Shown: positions 37,258 through 46,765, counted from the stretch's first letter. The stretch: DNA of 64,000 bases from Minisyncoccota bacterium (GCA_041658985.1 JBAZZC010000002.1:17120-81119), one strand, 5' to 3'. Notes: a model not told the origin generated them from the sequence alone. Program-made: numbers and translations.

Positions 37258-37300
37258 CCATTCGTAGATTCGCATAATTTGTATATTTGTATCATATAAA

Positions 37301-37600
37301 ATGAACCAACTAACTAAGCCAATAGGTGAATATGTTGAAAGAATAGTCCGAGATAAGAACGGACAGCTGGTTCGTGCTACATTTTGCGTGTATGAGTGCG
37401 ACGGCCACATAAAAGCTCGCCTCATAAATGCTGAAATAATAAATGAATATTTACAAAAAACCGAGATACTAAAACTTGGCGGTTTAACCGCCAAATGGGT
37501 AAGGAACTATGTTGAATATGTTGGAGCAACAATTTCTCCATACTTTAGTTTAAATACATTATACTTCTCTGGCTCTAAGCCACGTGCACCTACAATTTAA
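37301..37600 (+). CDS. Hypothetical protein ending in GSKPRAPTI, upstream of dnaK
   Basis: 99-aa ORF between grpE and dnaK. Confidence 0.65.
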   Translation: MNQLTKPIGEYVERIVRDKNGQLVRATFCVYECDGHIKARLINAEIINEYLQKTEILKLGGLTAKWVRNYVEYVGATISPYFSLNTLYFSGSKPRAPTI

Positions 37601-37736
37601 GATACGAATGTAAAATTCAGGGTAATTGGCGAATGTCAACGAAAAATAATTAGTACAAATTCGTATACATTCGTAACTACCCCGATTTATTTTTCGTATC
37701 TTTTATATCTCATTATTTATTAATCTTATTAAATTT

Positions 37737-39635
37737 ATGTCTAAAACAATTGGAATAGACCTAGGAACAACGAACTCCGCCGTCGCCATTATGGAGGCGG
37801 GGAATCCCAAAATATTAGAAAATGCCGAAGGTGCTAGAACAACGCCATCTATTATTGCCATATCAAAAACTGGTGAAAGATTGGTTGGGCTTTTGGCAAA
37901 AAGACAGGCCGTAACAAACCCAAAGAACACAATCTTTGGAATCAAGAGATTTATTGGTCACACCTTTGACGACGAGGGTGTTCAGAAAGATAAGGCTGTT
38001 GTGCCCTTTGAGGTTCTTAAATCGGGAACAGGTGGAGTGAAAGTAAAAATGGCAGATAAAGAATACACGCCAGAGGAAATATCAGCCATGATTCTTTCAA
38101 AGATAAAAGCTGATGTTGAAGCAAAAATCGGCGAGAAGGTTTCTGATGCAATTATTACAGTGCCCGCATACTTTAACGATTCACAAAGACAAGCCACAAA
38201 AGACGCGGGAGCTATTGCTGGTTTGAATGTTTTGAGAATTATAAACGAACCTACGGCCGCAGCATTGGCTTATGGTTTTGACAAAGGCAAAAAAGAAGAA
38301 AAAATAGTTGTCTTTGATTTTGGTGGGGGAACATTTGATGTTTCCGTGCTTGAGGTGGGAGATGCTGTTGTAGAAGTGAAATCAACAGATGGAGATTCTC
38401 ACATGGGAGGTAAAGATATTGACCAAAAAATAATTAACTTTTTGGCTGATGAATTCAAAAAAGAGTCTGGTATTGATTTGAGAACAGATACTCTTGCACT
38501 TCAGAGACTTGATGAGGCAGCAGAAAAAGCGAAGATTGAACTTTCTACTGCAATGGAATCGGAAATAAATATTCCATTTATCACATCAGATAGCTCTGGT
38601 CCAAAACACTTACTTATTAAATTAAGTAGAGCAAAACTTGAGGAGCTAACTACCGAATTCATAGACAGGGCAATGTCTATTACAAAAAGAGCCATGGAGG
38701 CTTCTGGATTTGCAATATCTGACATTCATGAAGTTATCCTTGTCGGTGGTCAAACTCGTATGCCAAAAATGGCTGACAAAGTTAAGGAGTACTTTGGTAA
38801 GGAACCTAATAAGTCAATTAACCCAGACGAAGTTGTGGCTCTCGGAGCGGCTATACAGGGGGGTATTATGTCAGGGGACGTGAAAGATGTCCTACTTCTT
38901 GATGTTATACCGCTCTCGCTTGGTATAGAGACAATGGGAGGTGTTAGTACGAAGCTTGTGGAAAGAAATACAACCATTCCAGCCTCTAGGTCACAGGTTT
39001 TTTCAACCGCAGCCGATAATCAAACATCTGTGGAGATTCATATTGTCCAAGGTGAAAGAGCCATGGCAAATGATAACAAGTCTCTGGGGCGGTTCATTCT
39101 AGACGGGATTCCACCAGCACCACGAGGCATGCCACAAATTGAGGTTTTGTTTGATGTGGACGCAAATGGTATCTTGTCAGTTAAGGCAAAAGACAAAGCT
39201 ACAAGCAAGGAGCAATCAATTCGCATTGAAGCTCGTTCAGGTCTCTCAAAAGAAGATATTGAAAAAATGCAAAAGGATGCCGAGGCTCATGCGTCTGACG
39301 ACTTGAAGAAAAAAGATTTGGTTGAAGCGAAAAATATAGGTGAGCAACTTATTTACACAGCCGAGAAATCACTTCGTGATGCTGGTGACAAAGTTCCTAC
39401 AGAGTTACGAGCCTCAATTGAAAATAAAATTACAGATTTAAAGAAAGCAAATGGAGGTGAGGATATGGAGCAAATCAAAAAAACTACAACCGAGCTTTCT
39501 ACAGAGCTTTCTAAAGTAGGGGAGATAATAAACAAAGCAGCTCAAGAAGCAAATAAAACAGCTGAGGCGGGAGCTACGACAGCAGGGGAGGAGAAAGTTA
39601 GGGATGCGGATTTTGAGGAGAAGAAGGCGGAATAG
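37737..39635 (+). CDS. dnaK: Chaperone DnaK
   Basis: [58 protein letters not shown]. Confidence 0.98.
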   Translation: MSKTIGIDLGTTNSAVAIMEAGNPKILENAEGARTTPSIIAISKTGERLVGLLAKRQAVTNPKNTIFGIKRFIGHTFDDEGVQKDKAVVPFEVLKSGTGGVKVKMADKEYTPEEISAMILSKIKADVEAKIGEKVSDAIITVPAYFNDSQRQATKDAGAIAGLNVLRIINEPTAAALAYGFDKGKKEEKIVVFDFGGGTFDVSVLEVGDAVVEVKSTDGDSHMGGKDIDQKIINFLADEFKKESGIDLRTDTLALQRLDEAAEKAKIELSTAMESEINIPFITSDSSGPKHLLIKLSRAKLEELTTEFIDRAMSITKRAMEASGFAISDIHEVILVGGQTRMPKMADKVKEYFGKEPNKSINPDEVVALGAAIQGGIMSGDVKDVLLLDVIPLSLGIETMGGVSTKLVERNTTIPASRSQVFSTAADNQTSVEIHIVQGERAMANDNKSLGRFILDGIPPAPRGMPQIEVLFDVDANGILSVKAKDKATSKEQSIRIEARSGLSKEDIEKMQKDAEAHASDDLKKKDLVEAKNIGEQLIYTAEKSLRDAGDKVPTELRASIENKITDLKKANGGEDMEQIKKTTTELSTELSKVGEIINKAAQEANKTAEAGATTAGEEKVRDADFEEKKAE

Positions 39636-39798
39636 TTTTTAAATAATAACTCCTCAAAAACACTCGGCTTCTTCCTGCGGAAGCCTCGTTCAGTCCTCGA
39701 CCCCTCGTTGTCAAGAGCCTTCACTTCGTTCAGGTCTATGACAACACCAAGCTCGGGGTCTGCGGATGTTTCTCGGGGGTATTATTCTAAAAACTATT
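39631..39798. repeat. Branched fold-back element with the 33-bp core (copy 3), overlapping the dnaK stop
   Basis: aatagttttt...aaaaactatt outer IR; core at 39710-39742. Confidence 0.85.
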
Positions 39799-39877
39799 TT
39801 AGAGAGTGAGAAATGATAAATACGCAAAAACCCACCAACGAAAGTAGACTAGTGCGTCCGATCCCAGATGATGGGTG

Positions 39878-40048
39878 TTACAGATGTTTCTTTTGGAAGA
39901 GTGTCCAAGCCTCAACAAACTCCTGTTCAGTCAGGTGACTGTTCACCATTCTGAAGTTCGCCTTTATGCTTCGATTGATCTCTGACCAAATAAAGCGACA
40001 GACGATGGTTACTCCCATGAAAAATAGTCCGAGCATGAACCATTCCAC
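39878..40048 (-). CDS. Orphan small membrane peptide (56 aa), cassette C1
   Basis: GAGGAGGT SD, GTG start at 40048, upstream TTGCAC. Confidence 0.65.
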   Translation of the reverse strand: MEWFMLGLFFMGVTIVCRFIWSEINRSIKANFRMVNSHLTEQEFVEAWTLFQKKHL

Positions 40049-40169
40049 GATATTACCTCCTCTTAGGATAATAAAATATATTGATAATATAGCCAAGTGC
40101 AATAATTAAAAAAACGCAAAAACCCACCAACGAAAGTGGACTAGTGCGTCCAGTGCTGGTGGGGCAGTT

Positions 40170-40409
40170 TCAGGACTTGGGAAGATTGCGGATGTTGCAG
40201 GTTGTATATCCCATCACAATCTCAGCCTTGTACAGGTCATCTCGCTTTTTGAGTTGCCAGATCTTTGCTCCCAAATGGATCCACCCAAGATCGAATAGAT
40301 GTTTCTCAGCGCTGACGATACTCCTGAGACGCCCGCAATCACGAAGGTGAACGAAAATGAGACCATTGTACCTGCTTACTCGAATTGTCCAAAACCAATT
40401 ATGTGGCAT
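40170..40409 (-). CDS. Orphan small protein, cassette C2
   Basis: TTGACA-16-TATTAT promoter, AGGAGG SD, ATG 40409; paralogue of C3. Confidence 0.75.
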   Translation of the reverse strand: MPHNWFWTIRVSRYNGLIFVHLRDCGRLRSIVSAEKHLFDLGWIHLGAKIWQLKKRDDLYKAEIVMGYTTCNIRNLPKS

Positions 40410-40516
40410 GGAACTGTCCTCCTGGTACTGATAATACATTAGAAATAATGAATGTCAATTACGCAAAAACCCACCAACGAAAGTGGACATTTGCGTCCGT
40501 GTTGGTGGGGTATGAT

Positions 40517-40792
40517 TCAAGCCACTTGCTTTGGGAGTTCAGAGATGTCGAGTTGATGTCGAACCTCGATAAGGATAGCACTATACACGATGCTACCGAT
40601 TTCGAGTCGCCACGGCCTCAGGACTGGTTTATTAGTGTACACACCATCAGCTTTCTGCCAGCCGTTGGTCTTTAGAAGATTTGTGGCTGAATCAAGATGG
40701 TTTTCGTCAAACAACCCGAAATCTCCATGTCGATAACGCAGACTACCCGTTATCATCGACACACGAATTGTGTAAAACTTCGTGGCTTTCAT
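40517..40792 (-). CDS. Orphan small protein, cassette C3
   Basis: TTGACA-16-TATGAT promoter, GGAGG SD; shares F.TIRVS...G, D.G, SA...L...GW and I..LPK with C2. Confidence 0.75.
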   Translation of the reverse strand: MKATKFYTIRVSMITGSLRYRHGDFGLFDENHLDSATNLLKTNGWQKADGVYTNKPVLRPWRLEIGSIVYSAILIEVRHQLDISELPKQVA

Positions 40793-40883
40793 AGAATGGC
40801 CTCCAACTGGAAATCATATCAGATAATTGTTGAATGTCAAGTATACTTATCATAAAAAAATCATATAATAAGCACTACAATAG

Positions 40884-41001
40884 AACTTTCAGATTTAAGC
40901 CAAGATCAAGGCGGGATGAGAAAATGTGAGGAGCCTTACTTGTCGTAAGGTGACGAGAATTTTTGAAATTCCAACGCAGATATTGGCCAAATGTGGAAGT
41001 T
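40884..41001. repeat. Fold-back element just upstream of the dnaJ start
   Basis: aactttcagattt...aaatgtggaagtt imperfect IR with inner hairpin ccttacttgtcgtaagg and caaggcg/aacgcag internal loop. Confidence 0.55.
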
Positions 41002-41009
41002 ATAACATT

Positions 41010-42095
41010 ATGGCAAAAGATTACTACCAAACATTAGGCATTGATAAAAAAGCCTCAAAAGACGAAATCAAAAAGGCCTTTAGGACTTTGGCGCACAAGT
41101 ATCATCCTGACAAAAAGACTGGAGATGATGCTAAATTCAAGGAAATCAACGAAGCCTACTCCATACTGTCAGATGATGGTAAAAGAGCTCAATATGACCA
41201 GTTTGGGAGCAATTTTGGTCAATCTGGAGCTGGGTATGGTGGACAGCAAGGAGCTGGTTTTGGTGACTTTGACTTCTCACAGTTTACCCAAGGCGGACCA
41301 GCCTCAGGCTGGGAGTTTGATTTTGGTGATTTATTTGGTAATGCCTTTGGAGGTACTCGTCGTAAGCAAGCCAAAAGGGGGCGAGATATTTCAATAGACA
41401 TTGAACTCTCATTTGAGGAATCGGTTTTTGGCGTGGAAAGAACAGTATTGTTAAATAAAGTTTCAAAATGTGATGTCTGCGAAGGAACTGGGGCAGAAAA
41501 GGGCAGTGAGATGATTAAATGTTCAACTTGTAATGGCAAGGGCCAGATAAGAGAAGTAAAGAGAACCTTCTTTGGACAGTTTGAAACAATGAGCACATGC
41601 GAAACTTGTCTGGGAGCAGGAAAAATTCCAAAAGCAAAATGTTCAGTTTGTCGTGGGCAGGGAATATTGAAAAAAGAAAGTGAAATCAAAGTAAAAATCC
41701 CAGCTGGAATTGACAGTGGGGAAATGATGCGCCTAACAGGCGCAGGTGAAGCTGTTTCTGGTGGCCAAACAGGGGACTTGTATATCAAAATTTATGTTAA
41801 AAAACATCCAACATTCAGAAAAGACGGACACAATCTCTTAATGGACCTAAATATTAAACTCACTGATGCACTTCTCGGCGGTGAGGAGACAATAAATACA
41901 TTAGACGGGGCTTTAAAAGTAAAAATACCGGAGGGAGTAACTCACGGAGAAACTTTACGAATAAAATCTAGAGGGGTTCCATATGACAGAGGTTATCGTG
42001 GAGATATTTTAATAAAACTCCATATCTCCATACCAAAAAAACTTTCCAAAGAAACAAGGCGTGTGATTGAATCTCTCAAAAAAGAAGGAATATAG
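41010..42095 (+). CDS. dnaJ: Chaperone DnaJ
   Basis: DYY..LG, HPD, G/F region, four CxxCxGxG repeats. Confidence 0.97.
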   Translation: MAKDYYQTLGIDKKASKDEIKKAFRTLAHKYHPDKKTGDDAKFKEINEAYSILSDDGKRAQYDQFGSNFGQSGAGYGGQQGAGFGDFDFSQFTQGGPASGWEFDFGDLFGNAFGGTRRKQAKRGRDISIDIELSFEESVFGVERTVLLNKVSKCDVCEGTGAEKGSEMIKCSTCNGKGQIREVKRTFFGQFETMSTCETCLGAGKIPKAKCSVCRGQGILKKESEIKVKIPAGIDSGEMMRLTGAGEAVSGGQTGDLYIKIYVKKHPTFRKDGHNLLMDLNIKLTDALLGGEETINTLDGALKVKIPEGVTHGETLRIKSRGVPYDRGYRGDILIKLHISIPKKLSKETRRVIESLKKEGI

Positions 42096-42144
42096 GCAGA
42101 GTTTTTAATTTTCAATTTTTAAACTGGGTGTTATAATATAAGAT

Positions 42145-43245
42145 ATGAAATCAAAAATATTTTTAGTTTTCACTCTAATTTTATTTCTAGTTGTTTTTAC
42201 GACAAATCTCAACGCTTCTACCACCATTAGTACAAATATAAATACAGGAGGTTCGCTGACAGTTAGTAGCACAGGTATTTTTGCTGGGAATGTTGGTATT
42301 GGCACAACCACTCCTGCAACTTCGCTTAGTATAGTCGCTACCCCATCAACGACTAGTTATGTAGATGGTATAGCCACAACTATTTATCCTGCTAATCTTT
42401 TAAGTATTACCGATACCACTGTTTCTGCTGTAAGGAATGCCGGTAGTCTTATTGATTATATCGCCAATCCTCCATCTAATCCTGGTGCTAAAAGATATTA
42501 TGGTCAGGAAGTTACATTATCAACACCCTCAAGCAATGAACAGAGTATGACGTCAGCTTCTTTGACAGGTATCTTTTTAAATGCTTATCATCAAGGTTCT
42601 GGGAGTATATCAAACGTAACTAGTCTTAATGGAACCGCAACTGTTTCTGGAAGTGGGAATGTGGTGGCTGTAAATGGACTTTCTGGAACCGCAACTGTTT
42701 CTGGAAGTGGGAATGTGACTTCTTCTGCAAATGGTCTTACTGGAACCGTAACTTTTACTGGAAACGGTACAAAAGTAACCGCAAGAGGAGTATTTGCTAC
42801 GTTAGTTAATACTGGCTCTGGCACAATAACAAATCTTATCGGAAATGATTTAACGGTAGTTAGTACTGGAGGAACGATAACTAACCTTTATGGTTTTAGG
42901 TTTGATCCTTTATCTAGCTCCTCAGGCACAATTAATAATACTTATGGTTTTTATGTGGGTGATATAACTTCAGGCACCCAAGCTAATACCCCATATTCCT
43001 TTTACGCCTCTGACGCTGGGGCATATAATTACTTTGCCGGCAATACTGGTATCGGGACAACTACCCCACAGACTAAACTTCATGTTTCCTCTGGTGCAAG
43101 TGCCACGACCACAGTAACTGTAGGAGAACTTGGACTGACTACTAGTAAGGCATGTGTTAATATGAATAGAGACGATGGAAATCCAGCAAGTTTCTTTATA
43201 AATGCTGCTGGAACCATAGTTGTTGAACTTAATTATTGTAGATAA
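42145..43245 (+). CDS. Secreted Thr/Ser/Gly-rich beta-repeat fibre/adhesin-like protein, paralogue 1
   Basis: Signal peptide, ASTTISTNI, GNVGIGTTTP motifs, conserved Cys-containing C-terminus (..YCR). Confidence 0.7.
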   Translation: MKSKIFLVFTLILFLVVFTTNLNASTTISTNINTGGSLTVSSTGIFAGNVGIGTTTPATSLSIVATPSTTSYVDGIATTIYPANLLSITDTTVSAVRNAGSLIDYIANPPSNPGAKRYYGQEVTLSTPSSNEQSMTSASLTGIFLNAYHQGSGSISNVTSLNGTATVSGSGNVVAVNGLSGTATVSGSGNVTSSANGLTGTVTFTGNGTKVTARGVFATLVNTGSGTITNLIGNDLTVVSTGGTITNLYGFRFDPLSSSSGTINNTYGFYVGDITSGTQANTPYSFYASDAGAYNYFAGNTGIGTTTPQTKLHVSSGASATTTVTVGELGLTTSKACVNMNRDDGNPASFFINAAGTIVVELNYCR

Positions 43246-43271
43246 GTATTTATTTTAATCATTATATAGAT

Positions 43272-43976
43272 ATGAATAAAAATTTTTTCTTACTTAGTGT
43301 ATCATTTCTGTTTATCACTATTTTTATTTCCACAAGTCTTTATGCTTCAACCACCATCAGTACAGATATAAATACAGATGGAAATATCAGTATCGGGACA
43401 ACTACTCCATGGGCAATGTTTAGTGTGAATCCGAACGGAATTGGTAATGGTCCAGAGTTTGCAATCGGGTCATCAAGTGCAACGCACTTGGTAGTAACTA
43501 ATTCAGGCAACGTCGGCATCGGAGTGACGAGTCCATTGTCTAAGTTAAGTGTTGGTGGAGCAGGATTAGCCGGTGCAGCTATCTATGGCGGCGGTAACAC
43601 CTACGGTGTGGATGGTGTTGGTACAGCGTATGGTGGTCTCTTTACTGGTACTGCAGGTATTGGTGTATATGGCAGTGGTACTACATATGGTGTTTATGGT
43701 AATGGTGCTGGTTCTGGTGTCGGTGGATATTTTAGCTCTTTTTCTGGCTATGCCTTAATAACAAACAGTGGCAACGTCGGAGTTGGAACAACTACCCCCC
43801 AGACTAAACTTCATGTTTCCTCTGGTGCAAGTGCCACAACTACAGTAACTGTAGGAGAACTTGGACTGACTACTAGTAAGGCATGTGTTAATATGAATGC
43901 ATCAGATGGTTCGGCCGTCAGTTTTTATTTTAATGCAGCACATGCAATGGTAATTGAGTCAAATTACTGTCGTTAA
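43272..43976 (+). CDS. Fibre/adhesin-like protein, paralogue 2 (GVYG-repeat middle)
   Basis: Same N- and C-terminal blocks; G(V/I)YG repeats. Confidence 0.7.
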   Translation: MNKNFFLLSVSFLFITIFISTSLYASTTISTDINTDGNISIGTTTPWAMFSVNPNGIGNGPEFAIGSSSATHLVVTNSGNVGIGVTSPLSKLSVGGAGLAGAAIYGGGNTYGVDGVGTAYGGLFTGTAGIGVYGSGTTYGVYGNGAGSGVGGYFSSFSGYALITNSGNVGVGTTTPQTKLHVSSGASATTTVTVGELGLTTSKACVNMNASDGSAVSFYFNAAHAMVIESNYCR

Positions 43977-43992
43977 TTTTATATTAATAAAC

Positions 43993-45147
43993 ATGAATAC
44001 CAAGAGAATTTATTTTATAGTTTTAGGTGTGTTTTTGTTTGTTACTATTTTTATTTTCACAAGTCTTTATGCTTCTACCACCATTAGTACAAATATAAAT
44101 ACAGGAGGTTCGCTGACAGTTAGTAGCACAGGTATTTTTGCTGGGAATGTTGGTATTGGCACGACTACCCCTGCAACTTCACTCAGTATAGTCGCTACCC
44201 CATCAACCACTAGTTATGTAGATGGAATAGCCTCAACTTATTACCCCACAAATCTTTTAAGTATTACTGATACCGCTGTTTCTGCTGTAAATAATACTGG
44301 TATCCTTATTGACTATATAGTTAATCCTTCATCTAATCCTGGCAGTAAAACTTATAGAGGCCAGGTAATTACACTATCAACACCTTCAAGCAATGAACAG
44401 AGTGTGGCGTCTGCTTCTTTGAGAGGTATCCAATCAAATGTTAAACATCAAGGTTCTGGAAATTTATCAAGTTTAATAGGCATAACACTTAATGCAGATT
44501 TCACTGGTTCAGGCACTATTGCGAACCAATATGGTACTAGTGGAAGTATAACCGTTACTGGGAGTGGAAATGTGACAAATCTATATGGCAATGCTTTTTC
44601 AGAAACCGTTACTGGGAGTGGAAATATAAGCAATCTTAAAGGAGAATCAATCACAATAACTCATACTGGTAATGGGAATGTAACAACTCTATCAGGAACT
44701 CTTACCATAATAACTCATACTGGCTCTGGCACAATAACATCATTTGATGGAAGTAGATTAACTCTAGTTAATACTGTCGGGACAATAAACACTGCTTATG
44801 GTTTTAGATTTGAAAGTTTGACTGGTGCAGGCACAGTTGGTAACACTTATGCATTTTATGTAGGTGATATAACTGCCGGCACGCAAACCAATACCCCATA
44901 TTCCTTTTACGCCTCTGACGCTGGGGCATATAATTACTTTGCCGGCAATACTGGTATCGGGACAACTACCCCCCAGACTAAACTTCATGTTTCCTCTGGT
45001 GCAAGTGCCACAACTACAGTAACTGTAGGAGAACTTGGACTGACTACTAGTAAGGCATGTGTTAATATGAATCAAGCAGATGGCAGTGCCGGAAGTTTTT
45101 ATCTGGCAGGAGGTACTGTAAAAGTTGAAGATAATTATTGTAGATAA
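43993..45147 (+). CDS. Fibre/adhesin-like protein, paralogue 3
   Basis: 92-bp block identical to paralogue 1 and 111-bp block identical to paralogue 2. Confidence 0.7.
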   Translation: MNTKRIYFIVLGVFLFVTIFIFTSLYASTTISTNINTGGSLTVSSTGIFAGNVGIGTTTPATSLSIVATPSTTSYVDGIASTYYPTNLLSITDTAVSAVNNTGILIDYIVNPSSNPGSKTYRGQVITLSTPSSNEQSVASASLRGIQSNVKHQGSGNLSSLIGITLNADFTGSGTIANQYGTSGSITVTGSGNVTNLYGNAFSETVTGSGNISNLKGESITITHTGNGNVTTLSGTLTIITHTGSGTITSFDGSRLTLVNTVGTINTAYGFRFESLTGAGTVGNTYAFYVGDITAGTQTNTPYSFYASDAGAYNYFAGNTGIGTTTPQTKLHVSSGASATTTVTVGELGLTTSKACVNMNQADGSAGSFYLAGGTVKVEDNYCR

Positions 45148-45171
45148 TCGTCTTATTATTTAATCATTTAG

Positions 45172-45654
45172 ATGTCAGTAATCTTAACAAAAATTACAAG
45201 TGCACTTTCCGGTGATTTAGTCTTTCTCGTCGTTGTTTTTGCCGTCTTATTTATTTGCGCGATGTATTTTGGTAAAAATCAGATGGTTTCTATCGTTCTA
45301 TCATTCTATCCAGCAACACTTCTATACAATAGTTTCCCATTCATTAATAAATTTATTGTACTAACTGGAGAAAAGCTGGTGATTCTAAACAAAGTCGGAA
45401 TATTTCTTATTTTCTTTGTCATAGCAAACTTCGCCATAAGAAAATACATCTCTTCATATAACGAATCATCCAGTATTCTTAAAAACGGGGGATTGGCTTT
45501 TGCCGTTCTTGTTCTTCTCCTTTTATTTTCTTATAGTACTGTGAGTTTAGATATATTTCATAACTTTTCTGGCTCAATAGATGTGCTTTTTGTAAGTGCC
45601 GATAGGGTATTTTGGTGGAATCTGGCTCCTTTGGCCATTTTGATATTTATCTAA
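45172..45654 (+). CDS. Hypothetical multi-pass membrane protein
   Basis: 160-aa hydrophobic ORF. Confidence 0.65.
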   Translation: MSVILTKITSALSGDLVFLVVVFAVLFICAMYFGKNQMVSIVLSFYPATLLYNSFPFINKFIVLTGEKLVILNKVGIFLIFFVIANFAIRKYISSYNESSSILKNGGLAFAVLVLLLLFSYSTVSLDIFHNFSGSIDVLFVSADRVFWWNLAPLAILIFI

Positions 45655-45926
45655 CCCTACCATTCAAGCACGTTGATTTTTGGCAGTTTTGATGTCTACT
45701 AAAAATTAAGATTATGTGGCTTTATGGAGCCAATATTTAGGCCTTTTCATATCTCATTTTTTGTGTTATTTTGTTGACAGGGGGTAGGTAAGTGTGATAT
45801 ACTATACATGACTCAGTAGAACTGAGTTTTTCCGTTCTAAACAGGGATGAAATGAACTAACTTCTTTCATTCCTCCAGAATTACTATTTAATTAAATAAT
45901 TTATTTTAAATTTCACAGCAGTAGGT

Positions 45927-46367
45927 TTGTTTATGGTTTTATCGTCTGTCACAGGCGTTACCAGTCCAGTTACGGTCACAGAGGCTCCAAAAGTGGAAAC
46001 TAGTGCCGTAAAGGAGATATCAAGAAAGGAAGTTGAAAACATAATGAGTACCGAACAATACATTAAACAGTATTTCTCGGATATTCCAATTATGATTCAA
46101 ATTGCCAAGTGTGAATCGAGGTTTAGACAACTCGATTCAGATGGAGATATTCATAGAGGAGTAAATAAAGCTGATGTGGGTGTAATGCAGATAAACGAGC
46201 GTTACCACCTAGACCAGTCAGTAAAGAAAGACTACAATATCTACACCATTGAGGGTAATACCGCTTATGCCCGTGACTTATATGAAAGACAGGGCACACA
46301 GCCTTGGGCGTCATCAAAGGCATGTTGGGGTAAGTATGAGAATAAGGACCTAGCAATAAACAAATAA
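45927..46367 (+). CDS. Secreted lysozyme-like/lytic transglycosylase domain protein
   Basis: IAKCES.F, D.GVMQIN..H, GN..YA..LY..G..PW; start uncertain (frame open from ATT 45903). Confidence 0.8.
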   Translation: MFMVLSSVTGVTSPVTVTEAPKVETSAVKEISRKEVENIMSTEQYIKQYFSDIPIMIQIAKCESRFRQLDSDGDIHRGVNKADVGVMQINERYHLDQSVKKDYNIYTIEGNTAYARDLYERQGTQPWASSKACWGKYENKDLAINK

Positions 46368-46384
46368 TTGTAAAAACAAATTTT

Positions 46385-46420
46385 ACACACGGACCCCTGG
46401 AAACAGGGGTTTTGTGTTGT
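46385..46420 (+). terminator. Rho-independent terminator
   Basis: cacacggacccctg-gaaa-caggggttttgtgt. Confidence 0.75.
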
Positions 46421-46765
46421 CTAAAAATTTTTAATAGTTTTTATTTTATTGTCTATTTGTAGAGGGGAGTAGTATAAGAGCACGTCGCACAATATATCTT
46501 TAGTGTGTCCTCCTTGAGGGCACACTAAAGATGAATACATTTTACAAACACGGCGCAAAGCTTGTGTCGTAAAATGTATTCTCCCCCATCTACCATTAAA
46601 AAGATTCAACCTGACGCATTATAGGAGGTCGATTCTCGCCTCTTCGGCGAGTCCGTCGTTGAGACGGATTTAGTATCCAAAAAAATAATTTTACTAGGGG
46701 ATTGGTTATAATCAAAAAACATCCTAAAAATAGGATAACTCCCCTACTCGCACATCATTGTCTTA

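Larger units (their letters stand above)
39822..40509 (-). repeat. Three ~50-bp terminator-like direct repeats (39822-39875, 40114-40163, 40461-40509)
   Basis: Identical 24-bp acgcaaaaacccaccaacgaaagt, then (a/g)gac..tgcgtcc...tggg, each just 3' of a minus-strand ORF. Confidence 0.92.

Noticed and set aside
39822-40509. Regularly spaced direct repeats as a CRISPR array
   Set aside because: Spacers are about 240-300 bp and contain promoters and ORFs; no cas genes are present.
42145-45147. Diversity-generating retroelement acting on the fibre genes
   Set aside because: No reverse transcriptase in the window, and the repeats are identical or broadly diverged rather than adenine-specific.
46455-46595. 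ggggagtagtataa as a tRNA 5' end
   Set aside because: No anticodon arm or GTTCRA T-loop follows.
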